Source: Candidatus Micrarchaeota archaeon
GTDB taxonomy: Archaea; Micrarchaeota; Micrarchaeia; Anstonellales; Bilamarchaeaceae
Assembly (NCBI GenBank): GCA_040753215.1
Contig: JBFMEZ010000029.1
Coordinates: 29,394-93,393, forward strand
Reading direction: 5' to 3'
Length of the DNA: 64,000 bases
The notes below the pieces were generated by a model. The model did not search any database, was not told the DNA's origin, and saw nothing but the letters and a program-made list of their open reading frames with translations. Both the position numbers and the translations under genes were made by a program. Positions 27,652 to 35,642 of the stretch are shown piece by piece. Position 1 is the stretch's first letter, and each line of letters starts with the position of its first letter.

Positions 27652-28068
27652 ATGCCAAGAAGAAAGCAGAAGAGAAAAATCAGGATGAGGGGTTCCCGCT
27701 TCCACGGCTTCGGCAACGTAAAGAACAAGAGGGGCAAGGGATGCAGGGGAGGCGTGGGCCGCGCAGGCCTGCACAAGCACAAGTTCTCCTGGACCGCAAG
27801 GCACAATCCTGACTACGGCCGCCTGATGGGCTTCGTCCCGCACGCACCCGGCCGCCGCCTCCCGGCCACCAACCTTTTCGAGATAAACACCCTTGCGGAG
27901 AAGGGCGGCCTCCAGCAGAAGGAGGGGAAGCTCCAGTTCGAATTCCGCGGAAAAATCCTCGGCGCCGGAGAGCTCCGCCACCCAATAGCCTTAAAAGCGC
28001 TCTCCTGGAGCAAGATAGCCGAGAGGAAGGTAAAGGAGGCAGGGGGAGAGCTTTCCAGGATTGAGTGA
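27652..28068 (+). CDS. rpl15: ribosomal protein uL15
   Basis: 138 aa. Confidence 0.9.
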   Translation: MPRRKQKRKIRMRGSRFHGFGNVKNKRGKGCRGGVGRAGLHKHKFSWTARHNPDYGRLMGFVPHAPGRRLPATNLFEINTLAEKGGLQQKEGKLQFEFRGKILGAGELRHPIALKALSWSKIAERKVKEAGGELSRIE

Positions 28069-29497
28069 ATACATGGGTGCCATAATAGATTTTATACACA
28101 AACTCTCGGGCTACCTGCCCGAAATAAGGGCCCCCACAAAGCTCCCCAGCATAAAGGAGCGCTTCCTCTGGACCGGAATCGCCCTCCTCCTCTTCTTCGT
28201 AATGTACAATGTTACCGTTTTCGGCGCATCCCACAGCGCGGGCGCCTTCGACTTCCTCCAGATGATTACCGCTTCCAAGATCGGCTCCCTGCTCACGACC
28301 TCCATCGGCCCCATAGTGCTCGCATCCATCTTCCTCCAGCTCTTCTCCGGCGCGGGCCTCATAGACCTCGACCCGAAGAACCCCGAGCAGAGGCAGAAGT
28401 TCCAGGAAGTGCAGAAGGTCCTCGCCCTCATAATCGCCCTTGTGGAGGCCTCCATATTCGTTTTCACCGGCCGCATCCCCCTTGTTCAGAATTCGCCTTT
28501 CGACCCCACCCTGCTCGCCGCCCTCGTCATATTCCAGGTTTCCCTCGGCTCCGCCATAGTCCTCTACCTTGACGAGATCGTCACAAAATACGGAATCGGC
28601 TCCGGCATCTCCCTATTCATCGCCGCAGGGGTCTCCTTCTCCATCATCGGCGGCGCCATCTCCCTTTTCGTGGGGGAAGGCGGCGTCGCCTCCGTGGTCG
28701 CGGGAGGCGGCGCAGAGGCGATCCCCAACGCCCTGCTCGTGCTCCTTCCCCTTCTCGTCACGCTCGCCGTTTTCGCGGCGGTCTGCTACGGCGAGGGCGT
28801 AAAGGTGGAAATCCCCCTCGCCTACCAGCAGGCCCGCGGAGTAGCCCCGAAGCTCCCCCTCAACCTCTTCTACCTCTCAAACATCCCGGTCATCTTCGCC
28901 TCCGCCCTGCTCCTGAACCTGCAGCTCTTCTCGGCGGGCCTGGAGGGAAAGAGCTTCATGCTCGGCGATTTCGACCTCGTGCCCGCAATCGGCTACGTGG
29001 ATTCCACGGGCCAGCTCCGCGACGGCCTCCTCTATTTCTTCACCCCGGTCTTCGGCGGCAACACGCTCTCCCAGATAAATTTCCTGATGAACGGCGTGAC
29101 CCCGCTCTTCGGCATCCCGGAATGGCTGCATGCCATAATCTACGTTATTTTCCTTGCCCTCGTCTCCGTCCTTTTCGGGATGTTCTGGGCCGAGACCGCG
29201 AACATGGACACCAAGGGCATGACAAACCAGCTCATGCAGTCCGGCATGCAGGTCCCGGGATGGAGGCGCGACCCGAGGATGATGGAGAAGGTGCTTGAAA
29301 AATACATCCCGCCCCTCATAATACTCGGCTCCTTCCTGGTCGGCCTCCTCGCAGGCCTTGCAGACCTCACCGGAGCCCTCGGCACTGGCACGGGGATACT
29401 CCTTACCGTGGGCATCTTCTACCGCACCTACCTCCAGATGAAGAGGCAGAGGATGCTCGAGGCGATGCCGATATTCGAAACCATCGCAGGTGAATGA
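28061..29497 (+). CDS. secY: preprotein translocase SecY
   Basis: 478 aa, 10 TM helices. Confidence 0.9.
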   Translation: MSEYMGAIIDFIHKLSGYLPEIRAPTKLPSIKERFLWTGIALLLFFVMYNVTVFGASHSAGAFDFLQMITASKIGSLLTTSIGPIVLASIFLQLFSGAGLIDLDPKNPEQRQKFQEVQKVLALIIALVEASIFVFTGRIPLVQNSPFDPTLLAALVIFQVSLGSAIVLYLDEIVTKYGIGSGISLFIAAGVSFSIIGGAISLFVGEGGVASVVAGGGAEAIPNALLVLLPLLVTLAVFAAVCYGEGVKVEIPLAYQQARGVAPKLPLNLFYLSNIPVIFASALLLNLQLFSAGLEGKSFMLGDFDLVPAIGYVDSTGQLRDGLLYFFTPVFGGNTLSQINFLMNGVTPLFGIPEWLHAIIYVIFLALVSVLFGMFWAETANMDTKGMTNQLMQSGMQVPGWRRDPRMMEKVLEKYIPPLIILGSFLVGLLAGLADLTGALGTGTGILLTVGIFYRTYLQMKRQRMLEAMPIFETIAGE

Positions 29498-30128
29498 GAT
29501 GATAATCGTAATGGGCCTTCCGGGCGCAGGCAAGTCCTCAGTCCTCGCAGGTATAGAAGGAATGGTGACACCTCAGAGCGACCGCGCAGGCCTGCGCGGC
29601 TCTGGTGCCGAATGGCCACAAGGGGCCTTCGGCACTCACTCCGAGGTGTCAGGCTGGAAAACCCTAAACTACGGGACACTGATGTTCGAAATAGCGAAGG
29701 AGCGCTTCGGGCTCTCCCACCGCGACGAGCTCCGCAGGCTTCCCGTTGAGAAGCAGAAGAAAGTCCAGGAGGAAGTCGCCCTCCGCCTTTCCAAAGAGAG
29801 GGGAAAAGTGATTCTTGACACCCACTGCTCGATAAAGACCCCCCGCGGCTACCTCCCCGGCCTTCCGTTCTCCCTCCTCGAGAAGCTCACCATTGATGCG
29901 GTAGTCCTCATCACCGCAAACCCAGAAGAAATAATGGGCCGCAGAAAAGCCGACGAGAGCCGCGTGCGCGACCCCGAAACCCTCGATTCCATACGCGAGC
30001 ACGACCTGATGAACAAGGCGCTGCTCGCCTCTTACGCGGCCCACCGCGGCTGCCCGGCCCGCATAATCTACAACCACGACGGGAAGCTGGAGGAAGCGGT
30101 GCGCCAGCTCCGCGGGATGCTGGAGTGA
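29490..30128 (+). CDS. adkA: archaeal-type adenylate kinase (AdkA) carrying an in-frame 31-codon insertion
   Basis: GLPGAGKSS P-loop, ..DTHCSIKTPRGYLPGLP.. archaeal Adk motifs. Confidence 0.85.
   Translation: MNEMIIVMGLPGAGKSSVLAGIEGMVTPQSDRAGLRGSGAEWPQGAFGTHSEVSGWKTLNYGTLMFEIAKERFGLSHRDELRRLPVEKQKKVQEEVALRLSKERGKVILDTHCSIKTPRGYLPGLPFSLLEKLTIDAVVLITANPEEIMGRRKADESRVRDPETLDSIREHDLMNKALLASYAAHRGCPARIIYNHDGKLEEAVRQLRGMLE
29562..29654 (+). other. 93-nt GC-rich nested-hairpin insertion inside adkA coding sequence (in frame)
   Basis: Outer stem GTGACACCTC/GAGGTGTCA enclosing two palindromic hairpins (AGAGC..GCGCAGG|CCTGCGC..GCTCT; GTGCCGAA..GGCC..GGCC..TTCGGCAC); the 31-aa segment MVTPQSDRAGLRGSGAEWPQGAFGTHSEVSG has no counterpart in archaeal AdkA as I remember the family. 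Confidence 0.55.
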
Positions 30129-30132
30129 ACAA

Positions 30133-30942
30133 ATGATAACCACCGGAAACTTCTTCTGGATAGTCACCCTCCTCGGCATAGTTTACTCGCTCTCAATCCG
30201 CTTCATCCAGATGAGATTCACGGACCAGGAGAGGATGAAATCCCTCCAGAAGCAGATGAACGACCTTAACAAGGAATACTTCTCCGCAATGAAATCCGGC
30301 AACAAGAAGCGCATGGATTCCATCCAGGAGGAGCAGAACAAGCTGATGCCCCAGTTCAGCGGGATGATGATGGGCCAGCTCAAGCTCATGGCTGCGATAA
30401 TATCCATATTCCTCGCCTTCATGGCCGTGGTGAACGCGCTCGACCCGTTCCTCCAGGACGACAAGGTCTTCGAGCTATTCCCGTCCGGCACCCAGCAAAC
30501 AGCGTCCTCCCGGTTCTGCGGTTCCTTCCCAGTCTCCTGCTCTTCCTCCGGCCCTTGGCTCGTGGAGGTCACCGCCTATTCCGGGGGTTCAGAAAAAGGG
30601 GCCAACAGCACTTACATCTATTGCGGCAGCGAAGGCGGAATCCGCCCCTCGCCCGTAACCAGGGGCACCCCCTTCCCAATAACAACCGATAAAAAAGTTT
30701 ATGCGCAGAATGATACTGCCACGGTGTGCATTTCCGCACCCGTAGGCACAGACCGCGCGGAGGGAAAAACCAACTCGGGCACGTGGTTCATGGTTCCGCT
30801 CCCATTCGCCATACCCGTGCTTAACGTGGACGTGATAAACGGGGCGAACATCTGGTTCATCCTCGTTTCCATAATATCCGGCCTGGTTTTCTCCTTCGCA
30901 TGGGGAAAAATAAAGAAGAAAGACGAAAAGGTGAAATCATGA
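30133..30942 (+). CDS. DUF106/EMC3-Oxa1-like membrane insertase homolog with ~100-aa Cys/Ser/Thr/Gly-rich extracytoplasmic insertion
   Basis: Conserved post-adk position; TM1 + coiled region + TM2/3 typical of DUF106; extra segment FELFPSGTQQ..TNSGTWFMVP. Confidence 0.6.
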   Translation: MITTGNFFWIVTLLGIVYSLSIRFIQMRFTDQERMKSLQKQMNDLNKEYFSAMKSGNKKRMDSIQEEQNKLMPQFSGMMMGQLKLMAAIISIFLAFMAVVNALDPFLQDDKVFELFPSGTQQTASSRFCGSFPVSCSSSGPWLVEVTAYSGGSEKGANSTYIYCGSEGGIRPSPVTRGTPFPITTDKKVYAQNDTATVCISAPVGTDRAEGKTNSGTWFMVPLPFAIPVLNVDVINGANIWFILVSIISGLVFSFAWGKIKKKDEKVKS

Positions 30943-31250
30943 CGAAAAGGAAAGACCGCTCAACAGCAATAAGAAAAATCAAAAGGCGCGTGCCTTCCGG
31001 CGAAAGCAGGGAATATTTCAGGCGCAGGCAAAAGAAGCCGAAGGCCTCGTGCGCCCTCTGCCGCTCCGCGCTACGTGGAATAGGCTCCGGGGCGAAGACC
31101 GAGAGGAGGCCCAACCGCAAATTCGCCGGCAACCTGTGCCACCGCTGCTCCGCCCGCATACTGGTGGAGGCGCAGCGCGTCCGCGAGAAAACGAAATCCC
31201 TGGACGATGTTGAGCTTCTCTACAGGAAATATGTGCAGGGCCTGATATGA
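30939..31250 (+). CDS. rpl34e: ribosomal protein eL34
   Basis: MTKRKDRSTAIRKIKRRVPSG.. zinc-ribbon CxxC..CxxC; ATGA overlap with upstream gene. Confidence 0.85.
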   Translation: MTKRKDRSTAIRKIKRRVPSGESREYFRRRQKKPKASCALCRSALRGIGSGAKTERRPNRKFAGNLCHRCSARILVEAQRVREKTKSLDDVELLYRKYVQGLI

Positions 31251-31294
31251 GTTCCCGGTTTCCCGTTTCCGGGAGCCGGTTGCGGGTGAATGCA

Positions 31295-31469
31295 GATGAT
31301 AATAACAGTATGGGGATGGACCGGTGCAGGGAAGAATACCCTCGGCGAGCTTCTCGCAAAGCGCCTCGGCTACCGCACCACCAAAAACGCGGAGGGGGAG
31401 ACCCCCTCCCCATTTTTAGGTGTCATTCTGACCCTCCCCCCGGTTCTTTCGAATGAGGTGAATGCATGA
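31295..31469 (+). repeat. 5'-end-associated hairpin element, copy C, preceded by ~88-nt decoy of cmk 5' end; 57-codon read-through ORF ending ATGA-overlapped with true cmk start
   Basis: 69 nt identical to cmk 31478-31546 plus 19 diverged nt; core AAAAACGCGGAGGGGGAGACCCCCTCCCCATTTTT with compensatory stem changes relative to copies A/B. Confidence 0.65.
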
Positions 31470-31984
31470 TTATCACGGTCTGGGGATGGACCGGTGCAGG
31501 GAAGAATACCCTCGGCGAGCTTCTCGCAAAGCGCCTCGGCTACCGCACCGTTTCTCCTACGTTTAAGGACCTCGCGGCAAAGGAGGGAATCTCCCTTCTT
31601 GAATTCCAGAAGAAGGCAGAGAAGGACCCTGACATAGACAGGAAGTTCGACGAGCTCCTCAAGGAAGAAGCCGGGAAGGGCAACTGCATCGTTACCACCT
31701 GGCTCGGCCCCTGGATGGTCCCCGCGGATTTCCGCATCCTGGTGTTCGCTCCGGAGAAGGTGCGCATCGAGCGCATCGCGAAGAGGGAATCCGTCTCCCA
31801 GAAAGAAGCGGCAAAATACGTGCGCGAGAAGGATTCCGGCAACATAAAGAGGTACAAGAACGTATATGGAATCGACATAACGGATACAAGCTCCTTCGAC
31901 CTCGCCCTGAGCGCGGAAACCTACCGCCCGGAGCAGATGGTCGAGATTGCCCTGTTGGCAATAGAAAAGAAAATGAAGAAATGA
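31466..31984 (+). CDS. cmk: cytidylate kinase (archaeal type)
   Basis: 172 aa, WGWTGAGKNT P-loop. Confidence 0.85.
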   Translation: MIITVWGWTGAGKNTLGELLAKRLGYRTVSPTFKDLAAKEGISLLEFQKKAEKDPDIDRKFDELLKEEAGKGNCIVTTWLGPWMVPADFRILVFAPEKVRIERIAKRESVSQKEAAKYVREKDSGNIKRYKNVYGIDITDTSSFDLALSAETYRPEQMVEIALLAIEKKMKK

Positions 31985-31993
31985 GGTGTTAAT

Positions 31994-32158
31994 ATGGCAG
32001 CAATTGAAGTTGGAAAAGTTTGCTTAATGAAGTTCGGCCGCCGCTCCGGTGAGGAAGTAACCATCACCAAAATTCTGGATGAAAATTTCGTGATGGTTAA
32101 GGACGCAAAAGGAAAGGAGAAGCGCGCGAACATAAAGCATCTCGAGCCGGTCGCTTAG
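31994..32158 (+). CDS. rpl14e: ribosomal protein eL14 (KOW)
   Basis: 54 aa MAAIEVGKVCLMKFGRRSGEEVTITKILDENFVMVKDAKGKEKRANIKHLEPVA; below ORF cutoff; conserved position after cmk. Confidence 0.75.
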   Translation: MAAIEVGKVCLMKFGRRSGEEVTITKILDENFVMVKDAKGKEKRANIKHLEPVA

Positions 32159-32177
32159 GCTACCGTATTTTTGCGTG

Positions 32178-32657
32178 TTATTCAGCCATATCCGCCAGCG
32201 CCCTCCGGATCTTTTCCCTGAATTTCGGCAGCCACCTTTCCAATTCCACTAATTCAGGCAATGCCCTTCTTCTGATTAGTTCGTCTATCGCCCCTTCACT
32301 CAAATCATCAAAGCACACCCCGCACTTGGCCAGTTTCACCAAGCCTCCATTTCCGCCTGATCCCAGTCGTTCTGCCGCAAGCTCTGCCATCTCCCTGTCC
32401 TGCCGCGTCGGCTGAAACTGCCCGCTTTTCAAATAAATTATATGCACCGAGTCGTCCTCGCTAAGGAATGCGAGCAGCTTCTTTATCCTGTTTATTCCCA
32501 TCTCCTTACAATGCAACAAAGCCGGCAGCGCCTCTTCGAAAACAGTGCTTCTCGCCCTGCATTCAACCATAGGCTCTTTTGGGAACTCTTTCTTGCAGCT
32601 GCCCATCGCTATTGTAGCGCACACAACTGCTGTTACAACTGCTTTTCCAGTCTTCAT
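32178..32657 (-). CDS. hypothetical exported/lipoprotein-like protein
   Basis: 159 aa; N-terminal signal-like MKTGKAVVTAVVCATIAMGSC. Confidence 0.4.
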   Translation of the reverse strand: MKTGKAVVTAVVCATIAMGSCKKEFPKEPMVECRARSTVFEEALPALLHCKEMGINRIKKLLAFLSEDDSVHIIYLKSGQFQPTRQDREMAELAAERLGSGGNGGLVKLAKCGVCFDDLSEGAIDELIRRRALPELVELERWLPKFREKIRRALADMAE

Positions 32658-32667
32658 ATTTCATCAC

Positions 32668-33270
32668 CTATATTTTCAATTCCAGCCTGCCCAGCTCCCG
32701 CCTTTCCGCCGTCTTATAGTTGCCAGTAGCAGGGTCCTTCGTCTGGTCATAGACCATAGTAAACACTATCGAGTCATCTCCGACTCTATATTCTGAAAAT
32801 ACGCGCCCGCATTGCCCATCATGGGGATAGGGCTGATGGACTTCGCCAAGGTATCTAGGCTTCCCATCCCCCTCTTTCATTCCATAGAAGTAGATATCTG
32901 CTCCTGATGGAATAGGGGACCATCTGTACCGATAAGCATAATTCCACAATTCGATTATACCTATTTTTTCCTGGCCGTCTCCACGCTCGAATACTTCCAC
33001 ACCAACCTTGTAATCCAGATGGCGACCTTGCGATGCCAATAGCTTTCCGAAGCATTCCAATTTTTCTCTCAGGTCGTCCGTCGTGAGTGCTCTTATAGCT
33101 AGCTTTGCCGTACTCAGTTCTCTTTCTAGCTCATATATGCGCTCATGGCCAGCGCGGTCAAGTGCGAAATCAAGCGCGAACCCCTCCAACAGCCTGAACG
33201 CGTTGCTTCGCGGCCTTTGGCTGCCTGCGCTTTCGGTTTTTGCCCGTTCGGTCGTCCCCCCATTTTTCAT
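32668..33270 (-). CDS. hypothetical protein
   Basis: 200 aa, probably co-transcribed with 32178-32657. Confidence 0.4.
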   Translation of the reverse strand: MKNGGTTERAKTESAGSQRPRSNAFRLLEGFALDFALDRAGHERIYELERELSTAKLAIRALTTDDLREKLECFGKLLASQGRHLDYKVGVEVFERGDGQEKIGIIELWNYAYRYRWSPIPSGADIYFYGMKEGDGKPRYLGEVHQPYPHDGQCGRVFSEYRVGDDSIVFTMVYDQTKDPATGNYKTAERRELGRLELKI

Positions 33271-33334
33271 TTGCCATCACTGATTACAACACGCAAGCGC
33301 AATATTTATATTCTCGTGGTTACATAATTACCAC

Positions 33335-34063
33335 ATGATAAACAAAGAAGCCCTTGAAGCCCTGGGCCTCACAGAAAACGATTCACGAGTCTGCATCACT
33401 CTGCTCACCCACGGCCCCCAGAGGGTTGCGGATTTGGAGAGGATCGTAGGGATACACAGGAGGAACCTCTACGACTCGCTCAGCAGGCTGGAAAAAATGG
33501 AAGTTGTCAATTCTTTCATCCGTAATGGAGTTCGCTATTTTCAGATTGCAAGCATGGATTTGCTGAGCGACATGCTCAGGAAGAAAGAAGAGGAGATACA
33601 TGGGTTTCTTTCTGGAATAAAGAAGATTGAGAGGGAGTACAGGATCCCCGAGGTCCACATTCTCTCCGGCGAGAAGGGAGTAAAGATGCTGCTCGACGAC
33701 GAACTTAGGACCGGAAAACCAATATACGGAATAGCTTCTTCAGGATTCGAGAAAAGGGTATGGGATTATCTGGCCAGGACGCCACATAGGATTCTTGCTG
33801 CTGACCTCCCAGTGAAACTGGTCTACACCAAAAGCGATGTTGAAAACAGGAAAAAAGCGCTAAAATACGATTTCGTGGAAGTGCGCGTCGTTCCCGACGA
33901 ATACAAATCCTCGGTTGCGCTGGAGCTCTACGGAGACACTTCCTGCATAATACTAGAAAATATAATCATAAGAATAAGGGACAAGGAGGTAAACCATAAG
34001 TTTATGATGTTCTTCAACTCCCTCTGGAAGATGAGAAAAAGAACCCAAGCTCCTCTTGATTAG
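33335..34063 (+). CDS. TrmB-family transcriptional regulator (paralog 1 of 3)
   Basis: N-terminal TrmB wHTH (..LGLTENDSRVCITLLTHGPQRVADL..) plus C-terminal domain; GTGGTTACATAATTACCAC palindrome just upstream. Confidence 0.65.
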   Translation: MINKEALEALGLTENDSRVCITLLTHGPQRVADLERIVGIHRRNLYDSLSRLEKMEVVNSFIRNGVRYFQIASMDLLSDMLRKKEEEIHGFLSGIKKIEREYRIPEVHILSGEKGVKMLLDDELRTGKPIYGIASSGFEKRVWDYLARTPHRILAADLPVKLVYTKSDVENRKKALKYDFVEVRVVPDEYKSSVALELYGDTSCIILENIIIRIRDKEVNHKFMMFFNSLWKMRKRTQAPLD

Positions 34064-34111
34064 TATCAAAAAACATAACTTTATAAGCGAATTGTTATAT
34101 AATTTGATACT

Positions 34112-35050
34112 ATGAACCTAACCAGAAGGGAAGCAGAGATATTGGATTATTTAATGGGCAAAAAAGCAAATTTCAGGGACGCAGCACGAGCTTTGGGAAT
34201 AAAAAAACCCAATTTCTCAAATTATATCAAAAAACTCGGGCGGTACCGCATGGTCAGCGTCTTCAGGAAAGGCCGGCTTAAAGAATTATCCTTGGAATAT
34301 GGCCTTAGGTCCGGTTTTTTTGGGGCAAAGAAAAAACTGCCCCATATCAGATTAAGCCACCTCCTGGCAGGCATAACGCCATTTCTCCTCAGTTTCATCA
34401 AAACCAGACGAAGGTTTAGAATAAGCGATTTGGATATTCCGCTCATATCTGCCAAGAGGCAATTAAAACAGCTAAGAAATCTAGGCATAGTTTTTATGCC
34501 ATTTAGAGGAATATATGAATTAAGGGAAGAAGCCCTGCCTGCCGCGGAGTTTTGCAGGAACATCATTATGCAGATGCACGCCGCCGAAGCCGAACAAGAA
34601 TTAAAAACCATCAACCAGGCATTTTTTTCATTTGACAGCGCCGAAGAATTAGAAGTTGTTTTTGTTACAGATCAGGATACCCGCCCAAAGCACTATTGGC
34701 CTACAGCCTACAGCGTGTTTCATAATTATGGAATCCAGCTTATTTTAGCCGGAAAATACTATCACGCTAATATAAAGCCAAAGCTGGAAGACGTTATTAT
34801 CCATACATTAGCCGTAAGCAGAGATGCGAGGAGCATAATGTACGTCGCTGCCCTTATGCTTAAAAATAAATTTGATTATAATAAATTGCTAAGAAAGAAA
34901 CAGCGTTTTGACCTGCCTGAAGAATTTATAAAAAACCTGATTGGATTTGTTGAATCAAAAGGAAAAAAAACCTTCGAAGGCTTTCCCTCATGGGAAGAAG
35001 TAGGGGATGTCGCATATGGAAAAACAATTCAACGCGCAGTACATAGATGA
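34112..35050 (+). CDS. wHTH-domain protein, AbiEi-like antitoxin candidate
   Basis: 312 aa, AT-rich (foreign-looking) gene; N-terminal wHTH; overlaps downstream nucleotidyltransferase gene. Confidence 0.4.
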   Translation: MNLTRREAEILDYLMGKKANFRDAARALGIKKPNFSNYIKKLGRYRMVSVFRKGRLKELSLEYGLRSGFFGAKKKLPHIRLSHLLAGITPFLLSFIKTRRRFRISDLDIPLISAKRQLKQLRNLGIVFMPFRGIYELREEALPAAEFCRNIIMQMHAAEAEQELKTINQAFFSFDSAEELEVVFVTDQDTRPKHYWPTAYSVFHNYGIQLILAGKYYHANIKPKLEDVIIHTLAVSRDARSIMYVAALMLKNKFDYNKLLRKKQRFDLPEEFIKNLIGFVESKGKKTFEGFPSWEEVGDVAYGKTIQRAVHR

Positions 35051-35642
35051 AGAATTTGGAAAGATAGGCGCACGGATCAGGAAACCCGTCAGCATCTATC
35101 TTATCGGCGGATGTGCGATGTCTTTTAGAGGCCTAAAAGAAACAACCCGTGACGTCGATATCGTCTTCAAGGATAAGAGCGATTGTAAGATATTTTGCGA
35201 AGCTTTATTTGGAGCCCAGTATTACGAGCCCATAACCATCAAAACAGAGCACGAGCATTTGCATGCGATAAAGATGTATGAAAATAAAGATGGTTTTCAT
35301 TTGGATTTATTCATAAAACAGGTAATCCGAAAGCTTATGCTGTCCGAATCCATGGTCGCAAGAGCCAAATTCTATAAGAAATATGGCGGCTTGTCGGTTT
35401 ATTTGCTTTCAAAAGAGGATATTTTCCTTTTCAAGGGCTTGGCAAGTGAAGGCAGGGAAAGAGACCTGCCAGATATGCAGGTTTTATACCCAAACCTTGA
35501 CTGGAAAATGATACTGGAGGAATTGAAATCCCAGCATTTATCAGGGGATTTAAGAGAACTTTTCGCCAGGCGCCTTGCGGCATTCAACCAAAAATACAGG
35601 CTGGATGTTCCAATATTAAAAGATTTGAAAGGGAAACTATGA
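35016..35642 (+). CDS. minimal nucleotidyltransferase-fold protein, AbiEii-like toxin candidate (paralog of 55614-56282)
   Basis: GGCAMSFRGLKETTRDVDIVF matches G[GS]..D[IV]D nucleotidyltransferase motif; ORF 35007-35642. Confidence 0.45.
   Translation: MEKQFNAQYIDEEFGKIGARIRKPVSIYLIGGCAMSFRGLKETTRDVDIVFKDKSDCKIFCEALFGAQYYEPITIKTEHEHLHAIKMYENKDGFHLDLFIKQVIRKLMLSESMVARAKFYKKYGGLSVYLLSKEDIFLFKGLASEGRERDLPDMQVLYPNLDWKMILEELKSQHLSGDLRELFARRLAAFNQKYRLDVPILKDLKGKL

Noticed and set aside
16435-29415. Dozens of 60-230-aa ORFs on the minus strand or in alternate frames across the ribosomal protein cluster (e.g. 16533-17030, 18121-18813, 19802-20818, 21048-22667, 21880-23085, 24280-25212)
   Set aside because: All overlap well-conserved r-protein genes. 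Their biased R/P/A/G composition and lack of start context mark them as GC-driven spurious ORFs.
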